Assembly: GCA_035513195.1 (NCBI GenBank)
Contig: DATKCM010000067.1
Location: 1 to 47,033 of the forward strand
Origin: Acidimicrobiia bacterium
Lineage (GTDB): Bacteria > Actinomycetota > Acidimicrobiia > Spongiisociales > ZC4RG35
Direction: 5' to 3'
Length of the DNA stretch: 47,033 nucleotides
Position numbers and translations under genes: made by a program. This document shows positions 8,604 through 20,973 of the stretch, piece by piece. The notes beneath the pieces are model-generated. The model saw nothing but the letters and a program-made list of their open reading frames with translations. It was not told the origin of the DNA and searched no databases. How positions within the stretch are numbered: position 1 is the first letter of the stretch; each line of letters begins with the position of its first letter.

Positions 8604-9761
8604 TTATAGGCCCAATGCGCTCTTGATATCGTCGACCCGGTCGAGACTCTCCCAACTGAATTCGGGCCTGCCGAAGTGTCCGTAGGCGGTAGTCCTCACA
8701 AACCCCGGTTTGGTGAGTTCGAGTGCCTCGATGATCGAAGCGGGGCGGAAGTCGAATATCTCGCTGACAGCCGATTCGATTCGCTCGCGGGAAACGCGCT
8801 CGGTGCCGAAGGTCTCGATGTGCGTCGAGAAGGGCATAGGGTCCCCGATTGCATATGAGAGCTGGATTTCGAGCTTCTGGGCGGCCCCCGCCTCGATCAG
8901 GTTCTTGGCCGCCCATCTCGCCGCGTAGGCGGCCGAGCGATCGACTTTGGTCGCGTCCTTGCCCGAGAAGGCACCGCCTCCGTGGCGCGCATAACCGCCG
9001 TACGTGTCGACTATTACCTTGCGCCCGGTCAAACCGGTGTCCGCGACAGGCCCGCCAATGGTGAACTGGCCGCTGGGATTGAAGACGAATTCGGGTGGTC
9101 CATCAGGAAGCCATGCCGATGGGATGACCGGCGCGACCACCACGTCGAAGATCTCCTCCTTGATCTCGGCACTGGTCACATTCTCGTTGTGGTGACAGGA
9201 GATGAGGACCTTTTCCACCGCAACCGGAAAGTAGCCCTCGTAGCGGACCCGGACCTGCGTCTTGCCATCAGGCCGCAGATAGTCGACCTTCCCGGTCTTG
9301 CGGACCTCAGCGAGGCGCTCGGCGAGCCTGTGCGCCATGTAGATCGGGAGTGGCATCATCTCCTGTGCCTCTTCGACGGCGAAGCCAAACATGAGACCCT
9401 GGTCCCCCGCCCCGGCGTTGCGGTCGACACCCTGTGCGATATCCGAACTCTGTACGTTGATCCGGTCCATGACCTCGATCGTGCTCCCGTCGAAGTCGGC
9501 GTCGAACCCGTCGTAGCCTATGGCCGAGACCGTCTCGCGCACAATGGACTCGATGTCGGGCCAGCGATCACGGGGCAAACCACCAATCTCGCCGGCAATG
9601 ACCGCAAGTCGCTTGGTGACCAGGACCTCGCATGCGACCTTGGCCGTCGGCTCCAATACGAGGACGGCGTCGAGTATGGAATCCGAAATTGCGTCAGCCA
9701 CCTTGTCCGGGTGGCCCTCCGTGACAGACTCCGAAGTGAAGGACCATGCGCTCATCGGCAC
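8604..9761 (-). CDS. metK: S-adenosylmethionine synthetase
   Basis: 385 aa. Signatures include FTSESVTEGHPDKVAD, GAGDQGLMFG and GGGAFSGKD. The start is either the GTG at 9761 or the ATG at 9755. Confidence 0.96.
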   Translation of the reverse strand: MPMSAWSFTSESVTEGHPDKVADAISDSILDAVLVLEPTAKVACEVLVTKRLAVIAGEIGGLPRDRWPDIESIVRETVSAIGYDGFDADFDGSTIEVMDRINVQSSDIAQGVDRNAGAGDQGLMFGFAVEEAQEMMPLPIYMAHRLAERLAEVRKTGKVDYLRPDGKTQVRVRYEGYFPVAVEKVLISCHHNENVTSAEIKEEIFDVVVAPVIPSAWLPDGPPEFVFNPSGQFTIGGPVADTGLTGRKVIVDTYGGYARHGGGAFSGKDATKVDRSAAYAARWAAKNLIEAGAAQKLEIQLSYAIGDPMPFSTHIETFGTERVSRERIESAVSEIFDFRPASIIEALELTKPGFVRTTAYGHFGRPEFSWESLDRVDDIKSALGL

Positions 9762-9767
9762 TGGATA

Positions 9768-10946
9768 TTAGTTCCGCTGAGCGACAAGGGCATCCACCCG
9801 GTCCCACAGGGCCGCTGCGACGTCAGCTTTCGACATCATGGGCTGGGGATCGACAGCTCCTCCGGCATCGATAAAAGAGACCTGGTTGGTGTCGGTGCCG
9901 AAGCCTGAGCCTTCCTGTCCGATGTTGTTGTACACGAGGAGATCAACCTGCTTCCGCCTCGCCTTCTCCACTGCCCGTTCCACATCTCCGGTCTCCGCCG
10001 CAAAACCGACCGTCAGGGGCGGATTCTGACGAGCCACGACAGAAGCCAGAATGTCAGGTGTTTCGGCGAGTGATATCGAAGTGAGCCCATCGGCCCGGGC
10101 AAGCTTTGCTTCCGAAGTATCCGCAGGCTTGAAATCCGCCACCGCCGCGGCCATGACCACGATATCGGCGTCAACGCTGTCAACCGCCGCCTTCATCTGG
10201 TCTGCCGTCTCAACATTGAGGACCTTGATGGATCCGGACACCGGCAAATCCGATGTCGTGACCAAGGTGACCTGATAGCCGCGCCTCGTTGCCTCCTCGG
10301 CGATGGCATGGCCCATCTTCCCGCTCGACCGGTTGCCGATGTAGCGCACCGGGTCTACCGGTTCCCGGGTGCCTCCAGCTGTGACCAAAACGACGAGGCC
10401 GTCGCCCCTGCCGCCCAGGATCGCAATCGCGGCGTCGAGGATCTCCTCAGGCTCGGATACCCGACCCATCCCGACATCACCACCGGCCAGGTCTCCCTCG
10501 TTGGGGCCTACGAAGTGATGGCCATCACCGCGAAGGATGTCCAGATTGCGCTCGGTGGCGGGGTGCTCCCACATTTCGGTATGCATTGCCGGAGCGAAGA
10601 GAACGGGAGCTTTGGTGGCCAGGAGCAACGCAGACACGAGGTCCTCTGACAATCCGTTGGCGACTCTGGCAAGTGTGGCCGCGGTCGCCGGCGCAACGAT
10701 GACAAGCTCAGCCCAGCGGCCGAGGGTTGTGTGCGGGGAGACTTCCTCAGTGCCGAAAAGCTCCACCTGAGGCTGAGCCCCGGTGATCGCGGCAAAGGTC
10801 TGAGGGCCCACGAACTCCATCGCCGATTGCGACATCGCAACCCGCACCTCAGCCCCGGCCTCGACCAGGCGCCGGGCGAGATAGGCCGACTTATAGGCGG
10901 CAACTCCCCCGGTTACGGCGAGAACCACCCGCCGTCGGCCGAGCAT
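9768..10946 (-). CDS. coaBC: bifunctional phosphopantothenoylcysteine decarboxylase / phosphopantothenate-cysteine ligase
   Basis: 392 aa. The N-terminal half is a flavoprotein (VTGGVAAYKS). The C-terminal half is a CoaB ligase (NRSSGKMG). Confidence 0.94.
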   Translation of the reverse strand: MLGRRRVVLAVTGGVAAYKSAYLARRLVEAGAEVRVAMSQSAMEFVGPQTFAAITGAQPQVELFGTEEVSPHTTLGRWAELVIVAPATAATLARVANGLSEDLVSALLLATKAPVLFAPAMHTEMWEHPATERNLDILRGDGHHFVGPNEGDLAGGDVGMGRVSEPEEILDAAIAILGGRGDGLVVLVTAGGTREPVDPVRYIGNRSSGKMGHAIAEEATRRGYQVTLVTTSDLPVSGSIKVLNVETADQMKAAVDSVDADIVVMAAAVADFKPADTSEAKLARADGLTSISLAETPDILASVVARQNPPLTVGFAAETGDVERAVEKARRKQVDLLVYNNIGQEGSGFGTDTNQVSFIDAGGAVDPQPMMSKADVAAALWDRVDALVAQRN

Positions 10947-11167
10947 CAGGACTCGACTGTCTCCACGGCCACCTTGCCCTCGGCGATTTCTTCCATCGCA
11001 ATCGTCAGCGGCTTGCGTGACAGTGAGTGAACCTGAGGGGGAACGTAGCTGCCGTAACCGTCTCCCAGCTGGTGGAAATACGCGTTGATCTGGCGGGCCC
11101 GACGAGACGAGACGACAACCGTGGCAAACCGGTTACCGATCTGGTCGATCACTTCTTCGAGTTTCAT
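10946..11167 (-). CDS. rpoZ: DNA-directed RNA polymerase subunit omega
   Basis: 73 aa. It contains NRFATVVVSSRRARQI, has a GAAGGA SD upstream, and sits in the gmk-rpoZ-coaBC context. Confidence 0.9.
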   Translation of the reverse strand: MKLEEVIDQIGNRFATVVVSSRRARQINAYFHQLGDGYGSYVPPQVHSLSRKPLTIAMEEIAEGKVAVETVES

Positions 11168-11204
11168 TAATTCCTTCTCAGAGGGTGGGTGGACACAGGT
11201 TACC

Positions 11205-11765
11205 TCATTGTTCGGCGGTAATAAGAGTCAACAGCTCGTTCACCGCTGCATCGAAGTCGTCATTCACGACAATGTGGTCGAACAGCTCCCCGGCCTCCGC
11301 AAGTTGTTGTGAAGCGATAGCAAGGCGGTCCTCGATGTCCTCGATGCTGGTGTCGCCCCTGCTGGTCAGCCTTGTCTCCAGCTCCTCGATCGATGGAGCC
11401 GCAATGAAAATCATGACCGCATCTGGTCGGCTCTCTTTGACCTGGCGTGCACCCTGGATCTCGATGTCGAGGAGCACGTCCCGTCCCCTGGAATTGGCTT
11501 CGGTGATCGGAGCAAGTGGAGTCCCGTACATGTGGTGGTTGTACTCAGCCCACTCCAGCAATTCACCGTTATCGATCATTTCTTCGAAACGCGGCCTGCT
11601 GACGAAGTGATAGTGGGTCCCATCGAGCTCACCCGGTCGCGGTGAGCGGGTGGTTGCGGAGACCGAGAAGTCAACGTCCGTTATCGCAAGCAATTCGGTT
11701 ATGAGACTGGATTTGCCGGAGCCGGATGGGCCCGAGACGACAAACAGCCGGCCCGCTCCGTTCAA
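11205..11765 (-). CDS. gmk: guanylate kinase
   Basis: 186 aa with P-loop GPSGSGKSS and TTRSPRPGE. The TTG start overlaps the mihF stop (TTGA). Confidence 0.94.
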   Translation of the reverse strand: MNGAGRLFVVSGPSGSGKSSLITELLAITDVDFSVSATTRSPRPGELDGTHYHFVSRPRFEEMIDNGELLEWAEYNHHMYGTPLAPITEANSRGRDVLLDIEIQGARQVKESRPDAVMIFIAAPSIEELETRLTSRGDTSIEDIEDRLAIASQQLAEAGELFDHIVVNDDFDAAVNELLTLITAEQ

Positions 11766-12076
11766 GTCAACTCTTTGAGCAGAGCCTCTCTCTGTCGGTC
11801 ACCCAACCCGCGCAGACGGCGGTTGTCAGCGATTCCAACAGACTCCATGAGTCGCATGGCCTTGACTTTTCCCATCCCGGGCATTGCGGCGATGAGGCGA
11901 TCGACCTTTATCCCGCCGATGACCTCGTCCGAATCTGCTTTTTCGAACAGCTCGGTGATGCTCATCGACCCGGTTTTGAGCAGTTCTTTGACTTCAGCCC
12001 GCGCCCGCCGCACTTCACCCGCTTTCTTGAGTGCCGCCTGGCGTTGCTCTGGTGTCAGTTTCGGTGGAATAGGCAA
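11762..12076 (-). CDS. mihF: actinobacterial integration host factor mIHF
   Basis: 104 aa. Segments LTPEQRQAALKKAGEVRRARAEVKELLK and RRLRGLGDRQREALL closely resemble mycobacterial mIHF. It uses a TTG start. Confidence 0.9.
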   Translation of the reverse strand: MPIPPKLTPEQRQAALKKAGEVRRARAEVKELLKTGSMSITELFEKADSDEVIGGIKVDRLIAAMPGMGKVKAMRLMESVGIADNRRLRGLGDRQREALLKELT

Positions 12077-12134
12077 TGTCCTTGCTCCCGTTGCGTATCT
12101 TGGACGTTAGCCATTTACCTCGCGTTCACGCGGG

Positions 12135-12833
12135 CTAAACCACTGTGTAACTGGCCAATTCTTCGGCTATCGCTGCAGCCACTCCTGCAGGATCGGCGGC
12201 GGATGAGATCGCCCTGCCAACAACGAGGTAGTCGGCGCCGGCCCGCAATGCCGCTTCAACCGTGGCAGTCCGTTTCTGATCGTGGCTCTCAACCGCCGAG
12301 GGTCTAATGCCGGGGGTGACCATGAGCAGGTCTCCGGCACTCTCCCGGGCGATGGAGACCTCGTGTACCGAGCAGACAACCCCTTCCACCGGCACTCCGG
12401 CGGCGATCCTTACCAGGCGCTGCACCGCGACTTCGATTGGGCCGTTCATTCCGATCGCCACGAGATCGGCCTGATCGAGGCTGGTGAGGATGCTGACACC
12501 TAGAATTCCGGCCCGGCCGCCCGAGCCCTCTCCAAGCCCGGTGACGGCTGCCTCCACCATCCTGGTACCGCCCGACAGGTGTGCCGTGACCCAGCGTGCT
12601 CCGCGCCTGCCCAGCTTTTCCGCCGCCTGCTCTACCTGAGCCGGGATGTCATGGAGCTTTGCATCGACGAACACGGGCAAGCCGACTTCGACGACACGCT
12701 CGATCGAGTCCGGTTCACTATGAAGCAGGCCGAGCCCAACCTTGAAACCGGCGACATAAGGTTTGACGACACGGGCCAGTTTCACGGCCTGTTCGACCGT
12801 TTCGAGATCGAGAGCGACGAGCACACCCGCCAT
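12135..12833 (-). CDS. pyrF: orotidine 5'-phosphate decarboxylase
   Basis: The ATG at 12833 ([10 protein letters not shown]) shares 1 nt with the pyrD stop (TGATG, checked in the sequence). Signatures FVDAKLHDIP and LVVGR are present. The longer ORF-track N-terminus overlaps pyrD and is Arg/Cys-rich junk. Confidence 0.92.
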   Translation of the reverse strand: MAGVLVALDLETVEQAVKLARVVKPYVAGFKVGLGLLHSEPDSIERVVEVGLPVFVDAKLHDIPAQVEQAAEKLGRRGARWVTAHLSGGTRMVEAAVTGLGEGSGGRAGILGVSILTSLDQADLVAIGMNGPIEVAVQRLVRIAAGVPVEGVVCSVHEVSIARESAGDLLMVTPGIRPSAVESHDQKRTATVEAALRAGADYLVVGRAISSAADPAGVAAAIAEELASYTVV

Positions 12834-13731
12834 CAGAGCGCCGCCCCTCGCACCTGCTCGATTTTCGAGAAACCAAGTCGTTTCAGCACTCTTCGCATCT
12901 CCTTTTCGATTCGAACGCCGGCCTTCGGCTCGGCAAAGTGGACCGTTCCCAGTCCTACGGCTGACGCGCCCGACATCAGGTATTCGACAACATCCTCTCC
13001 GGTGAAGACACCGCCACAACCGACTATCGGAAAGCCGGGGAACGCCCGCGCCACCTCGTATACACACCGCAACGAGATGGGTTTCAGCCCCGGGCCACTG
13101 TACCCACCAACACCGCCGGACAACCTCGGACTCGCTCGATCGATGTCAACCCCGAATCCGGGTGCGGTGTTGGTCAATGTGAGAAAGGAAGCCCCCGCAT
13201 CGATGCACGCACCTGCGACGGCGACCACATCAGCCGCGGCGGGCGAAAGCTTCGCCCCGACGGGCACACCCAGCGAGCCGACCACCTCAGCCACCACCTC
13301 GGACGACAGGACCGAATCGAGGGCGAAGATCCGGCCGTCGTCGAGGTTGGGGCAGGAGAGGTTCACCTCGACCACTGATACCCCGGCCGACTCCTGTCCT
13401 TTCGCAACTGTCACGAACTCGTCGACGGTTTCGCCAACCGCTGAGCCCCAGACCGGGACGGCGCTTTGCGGTATACGACCCTCTATGTCTGATTTCCATG
13501 CCTCGATTCCGGGATTCTGTATCCCGATGCCGTTGAGCATGCCCCAACCCGCAGGGGCAACTCGTGGGGGCGGGCGACCTTCCCACGGCGTTGCCGACAC
13601 CGATTTCGCCACGGCCGCGCCGTAAACCTTCACATTGGCAACGGTCGCCCATTCCCACACCGACCCGACGGTCCCGGAGGCGGCGATCAGGGGTGACCGC
13701 AGTCGGATAGGCCCGAGGCTGGTTTCCATCC

Positions 13732-13744
<13 letters not shown>
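12833..13744 (-). CDS. pyrD: dihydroorotate dehydrogenase, class 1 (Cys active-site base)
   Basis: 303 aa. Signatures include [19 protein letters not shown] and NLSCPN (Cys indicates class 1). The start is either the ATG at 13744 (13-nt overlap with carB) or the ATG at 13729. Confidence 0.92.
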
Positions 13745-16964
<3,220 letters not shown>

Positions 16965-16965
<1 letters not shown>

Positions 16966-18128
16966 CAGGACACCCCGGCTTCGATCGAGGACACGAAATC
17001 GTCAAAGAGAGGGGAAGCATCCCTGGGGCCCGGGGCTGCCTCGGGGTGGTACTGGACAGAGAATGCCGATGCGTCCACCAACCGCATCCCCTCCACCGTC
17101 CCGTCGTTGAGGTTTTGGTGTGTCGGCAGAACCTCGCCGAATGGAGTCGATGCCGTCTCCGGCAGAAGGGAACTGCCCACCAGCCCATCACGCTCCGGGA
17201 TCTCGCCATCGACGAGGCTCCACAGATCGACGGCGAAACCGTGATTCTGAGAGGTGATCTCGACTCGCCCGTCTTCCATCCGCCGCACCGGATGATTTCC
17301 TCCGTGATGCCCGAAGGGAAGCTTGAAGGTCTCAGCTCCGACCGCCCGCCCCAGTACCTGGTGCCCGAGGCAGATGCCGAAGATGGGAACCCGGCCAATC
17401 AAGCCCCGAAGGGCCTCGGTTGTGTTATCGAGCGGTTCGGGGTCGCCGGGCCCGTTGGAGACAAAGACGCCGTCCGGTTTCAGCTCGAGGATTCGCGAGG
17501 CCGGGGTCGCGTAAGGAACCACCGCCACATCGAAGCCTCGCACCGTGAGATTGGTCAGGATATCCCTCTTGATTCCCAGATCGATCGCGACCACCAGCCC
17601 CCGGCTGTCCCCTATGGCATCAACTGTGTAGCCGTCTGTCGTGCTGACCGTCCCTGCCAGATCCTGGCCCGTCATCCCCGAAGCCGATGCTGCCGCCTCC
17701 ATGAGCTCCCCTTCGGTGACTTCTGCACCCATCGCAATCGGCATCGCCCCGCGGTCCCGGATGTGGCGGGTCAGTCTGCGGGTGTCGACACCGGATAGCG
17801 CGACCACATCGTTCCGCACCAAGTATTCCCCGAGCGACCCTTCCGATCTCCAGCTGGAGTCGCGTCTCGACATTGCCCTTGTCACGAATCCAGACACATG
17901 GGGCCTGGCGGCTTGGGCGTCGCCTTCTGTCACCCCGTAGTTTCCGATATGGGGTGATGTCATGACGACGACCTGACCGGCGTAAGAGGGGTCGGTGAGC
18001 ACTTCGAGATAACCGGTCATCGACGTGTTGAAGACCGCCTCCCCGGTGCGAATCCCTTCGGCGCCCACCGAGTGGCCCCGAAACGTTTCTCCATCGGACG
18101 TGACCAGAAGAGCCGGTTTTTGGTTCAT
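16965..18128 (-). CDS. carA: carbamoyl-phosphate synthase small (glutaminase) subunit
   Basis: 387 aa. Signatures include GICLGHQ and the catalytic context FSVQYHPEA. Confidence 0.97.
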
Positions 18129-19390
18129 GACGCATCTCCGTAAATCAGTCCGCCGTCAACAATTGTCGCCACGACCCTTCCTTTCAATTCCTGGCCGAGG
18201 AAGGGTGAGTTGTTCGAGAGCGACGCGAAGCCCTCGGCAACCCATTCGGCGGAAGGATCAACCAGGACGAGATTGGCTGCTGAGCCCTCCTCGAGGGGAT
18301 GCCCGTGGCGGGCGAATCCGCCGATCTGCGCCGGCATGACACTCATCCGATCGAAAACGAGGTCGAGGTCGCCGTCCAAAGCAGCCAGCGTTGCCGGGAA
18401 CGCCGTTTCCAATCCGATCACGCCTCGCGGCGCATCTTCGAAAGGCACATCCTTTTCGCTGTCCGCATGGGGAGCGTGGTCGGTGGCAACGGCGTCGATC
18501 GTCCCGTCGCGGAGCCCTTCGACCAGCGCCTCCCGGTCCGCCCGAGAACGCAGAGGCGGGTACATCTTCATGTGGGTGTCGAGCTCGACCACGTCGTCCT
18601 CGCACAGCTGGAGATGATGCGGTGTCACTTCGGCCGTGACCTTGACGCCGGCACCCTTCGCTTGACGCACCAACTCCACACTGGCGGCAGCCGAGATGTG
18701 TTGAACGTGATAGTGGGTCCCAATCTCATCCGCCAGTGCCAGGTCGCGAGCGATCACCGTCACCTCCGCCGATGAAGGGAGCCCAACAAGTCCGAGAGTC
18801 TGTGATCGACGACCTTCGTGGAGGTGCCCGTTGGCCGCAATCGCCGGGTCTTCGGCATGCTGTGCGACAACAACGTCCGGTCGATCGCTGAGATACTTCA
18901 TGATCCTGCGCAACAGCCCACCATCCATCAGCGCATCCCCGTCGTCGGTGAACATGCGGACGCCTTCTTCATACATCTCATCGAGATGAGACATGAACTC
19001 CCCCGATCGCCCGAGGCTCAGCGCTCCGCTGATGCCGACGTCGACGGCTGCCACCTCCATTGCCCTCCGCCGCAGCCACCGCACCGAGTCTCCCGAGTCG
19101 GTCGGGGGATTTGTGTTGGGCATCGCCATGACCGCGGTGAAACCACCTCTGCCCGCCCCGGCCGTGGCAGACACCATGTCCTCCTTCCAAACCCCGCCTG
19201 GCTCTCTCAAATGAGTGTGAAGATCGACAAAGCCGGGGCCGAGGACCATGCCAGAACCATCGACCTGCATCGCATCCTCTTTTCGCGGGACGGAACGACC
19301 CATCCCTTTGACCACGCCGTGTTCAATCGAGACATCACACTCCTTCCACCCCTCCGTAGAGAGAACGCGAGCTCCTGTGATCACAATCAT
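18125..19390 (-). CDS. pyrC: dihydroorotase
   Basis: 421 aa. Signatures include DLHTHLREPG and ATDHAPH. ATGA couplings occur at both ends. Confidence 0.95.
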   Translation of the reverse strand: MIVITGARVLSTEGWKECDVSIEHGVVKGMGRSVPRKEDAMQVDGSGMVLGPGFVDLHTHLREPGGVWKEDMVSATAGAGRGGFTAVMAMPNTNPPTDSGDSVRWLRRRAMEVAAVDVGISGALSLGRSGEFMSHLDEMYEEGVRMFTDDGDALMDGGLLRRIMKYLSDRPDVVVAQHAEDPAIAANGHLHEGRRSQTLGLVGLPSSAEVTVIARDLALADEIGTHYHVQHISAAASVELVRQAKGAGVKVTAEVTPHHLQLCEDDVVELDTHMKMYPPLRSRADREALVEGLRDGTIDAVATDHAPHADSEKDVPFEDAPRGVIGLETAFPATLAALDGDLDLVFDRMSVMPAQIGGFARHGHPLEEGSAANLVLVDPSAEWVAEGFASLSNNSPFLGQELKGRVVATIVDGGLIYGDAS

Positions 19391-20277
19391 GTCGCGCCAT
19401 CCAGGATTCTTGCCATGACGGCCATCCGAACATGAACCCCCGCCGCGACCTGAGTGAGAATCAACGATCGTTCCCCGTCAGCGAGCGAGTTCGAGATCTC
19501 AACGCCGCGATTCATCGGTCCGGGGTGCATCACAACACACCCGGGCTTGAGTTGGTCGGCACGGATGTCACTCAGCCCGAAACGCTTGTGGTACTCCGCA
19601 TCGGAAGGGTATCCGAGGCCCCCGCCCCTTTCCTTCTGCACTCGCAGGAGGTAAACGATGTCCAGCTCGCCAAGCACGGAGTCGAGGTCGCTGGAGACTT
19701 CGGTTTCCCACACACCGTCCTCCGGAATGAAGGTCGTGGGGCCAACCGCGACCACGCTGACCCCGAAAGCGGGAAGGCATGACAGCAGTCCACGCGCGAC
19801 ACGACTGTTGACGATGTCGCCAACCATGCCGACGCGCAGGTCGGCAAAACCACCGAAATGATCCCTGATCGTCAGCAGATCAGCGAGGGTCTGGGTGGGG
19901 TGGGCTCGCCTCCCGTCGCCTGCGTTCACCACCGGCCTTCCCGACCATCGCGCCACCGCCTCTGGCGCCCCCGCACTCTCATGACGAACGATGAGAAGGT
20001 CGGGCTCCATTGCTCCAACAGTTCGCGCCGTGTCGCGAAGAGTCTCTCCTTTTGCCGAAGAAGAGTTGTGATGATCGAACACGACAACGTCCGCACCCAG
20101 TCTCGACGCGGCAAGGTCGAATGAGACTCTGGTTCTGGTTGAAGGCTCGAAGAACATCGGCACGATGGTCCTGCCCTGGTACCGGGGGCCAACCGGCTTC
20201 TTCTTCATCTCCTCGGCCATGTCGAGAAGGTTGATGATCTCCGATGGCGAAAGTTGGGCGATGTCGAACAGAGACAT
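19387..20277 (-). CDS. pyrB: aspartate carbamoyltransferase catalytic subunit
   Basis: Signatures FFEPSTRTR, HPTQ and HPGP are present. The ATG at 20277 (MSLFDIAQLS) lies 1 nt after the pyrR stop. The ORF-track extension overlaps pyrR. Confidence 0.94.
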   Translation of the reverse strand: MSLFDIAQLSPSEIINLLDMAEEMKKKPVGPRYQGRTIVPMFFEPSTRTRVSFDLAASRLGADVVVFDHHNSSSAKGETLRDTARTVGAMEPDLLIVRHESAGAPEAVARWSGRPVVNAGDGRRAHPTQTLADLLTIRDHFGGFADLRVGMVGDIVNSRVARGLLSCLPAFGVSVVAVGPTTFIPEDGVWETEVSSDLDSVLGELDIVYLLRVQKERGGGLGYPSDAEYHKRFGLSDIRADQLKPGCVVMHPGPMNRGVEISNSLADGERSLILTQVAAGVHVRMAVMARILDGAT

Positions 20278-20278
20278 T

Positions 20279-20809
20279 TCAGTCGGCACCCTTCTCGATC
20301 CAGACCCCACTGTCCCCGTCGACCGCGGGCACGTGAACCGCGATGCGCTCACGGGACGCCGTCGGGACGTTCTTTCCCACGTAGTCGGCGCGCACCGGCA
20401 GTTCGCGGTGTCCCCTGTCGATAAGCACCGCGAGCTCTATCTTGTCGGCTCGCCCGATTTCGGAGATGGCATCGAGCGCGGCGCGAACGGTCCTTCCGGT
20501 GTAGAGCACGTCGTCGACCACAACGACGGGCCGTCCGTCCAGGTCAAAGGGGATTGATGTTGCAACGTCACTCGGGGTGAATTGGCGGTCCACATCATCG
20601 CGGTGGCCCCGGACATCGAGTTCGCCGAGCGGAACCGAGAGACCTTCGAACTCTTCGATTGAGGACGCCAGGTCGCGGGCAAGGTGAACGCCTCTGGTTC
20701 GTATACCGATCAAACCTACCGCAGACGCTCCGCGGTGCCGCTCGATGATCTCGTGCGCGATGCGGCGAATGGCGCGGGCGACGTCGTCGCCACTCATGAT
20801 CTGGGGCAT
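20279..20809 (-). CDS. pyrR: bifunctional pyrimidine operon regulator / uracil phosphoribosyltransferase PyrR
   Basis: 176 aa. It contains IRRIAHEIIERH and the PRPP-binding loop VVVVDDVLYTGRT. It is the first gene of the pyr cluster. Confidence 0.95.
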   Translation of the reverse strand: MPQIMSGDDVARAIRRIAHEIIERHRGASAVGLIGIRTRGVHLARDLASSIEEFEGLSVPLGELDVRGHRDDVDRQFTPSDVATSIPFDLDGRPVVVVDDVLYTGRTVRAALDAISEIGRADKIELAVLIDRGHRELPVRADYVGKNVPTASRERIAVHVPAVDGDSGVWIEKGAD

Positions 20810-20844
20810 CAGATAGTCACCCCGTTAGCGCCGAAGCTGGTCAT
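20809..20844 (-). CDS. candidate 11-codon leader ORF (MTSFGANGVTI*) translationally coupled to pyrR
   Basis: The ATG at 20844..20842 is preceded by GGGAAGGAAACG (strong SD). Its TGA (20811..20809) overlaps the pyrR ATG as TGATG. pyrR itself has no obvious SD. Confidence 0.3.
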   Translation of the reverse strand: MTSFGANGVTI

Positions 20845-20845
20845 C

Positions 20846-20874
20846 GTTTCCTTCCCGGCCTCACTGGACCGCCC
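20846..20874 (-). promoter_or_regulatory. PyrR-binding loop (pyr leader RNA element)
   Basis: The minus strand reads GGGCGGUCCAGUGAGGCCGGGAAGGAAAC. It contains the conserved UCCAG-GAGGC core and the downstream GAAGG of PyrR binding loops, directly upstream of pyrR. Confidence 0.7.
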
Positions 20875-20896
20875 TTAAAGGTTGACCCTCACCTTA

Positions 20897-20955
20897 GCGG
20901 CCCACCACTCAAATATTTAACCGACAGACCGCTCGCGGCCCGCCACTCGAATAAT
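20897..20955 (-). repeat. two 21-nt direct repeats (18/21 identical) 38 nt apart in the nusB-pyrR spacer
   Basis: The plus strand has gcggcccaccactcaaatatt (20897..20917) and gcggcccgccactcgaataat (20935..20955). On the minus strand this is A(A/T)TATT(T/C)GAGTGG(T/C)GGGCCGC. Confidence 0.5.
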
Positions 20956-20973
20956 GGTGGCGTCCCCGTCAAA

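Noticed and set aside
9756-9775. Possible SAM riboswitch before metK, and T-box leaders before alaS/aspS/hisS.
   Set aside because: The spacers are only 6-64 nt, far too short for these elements, and no specifier or T-box-like sequence was seen.
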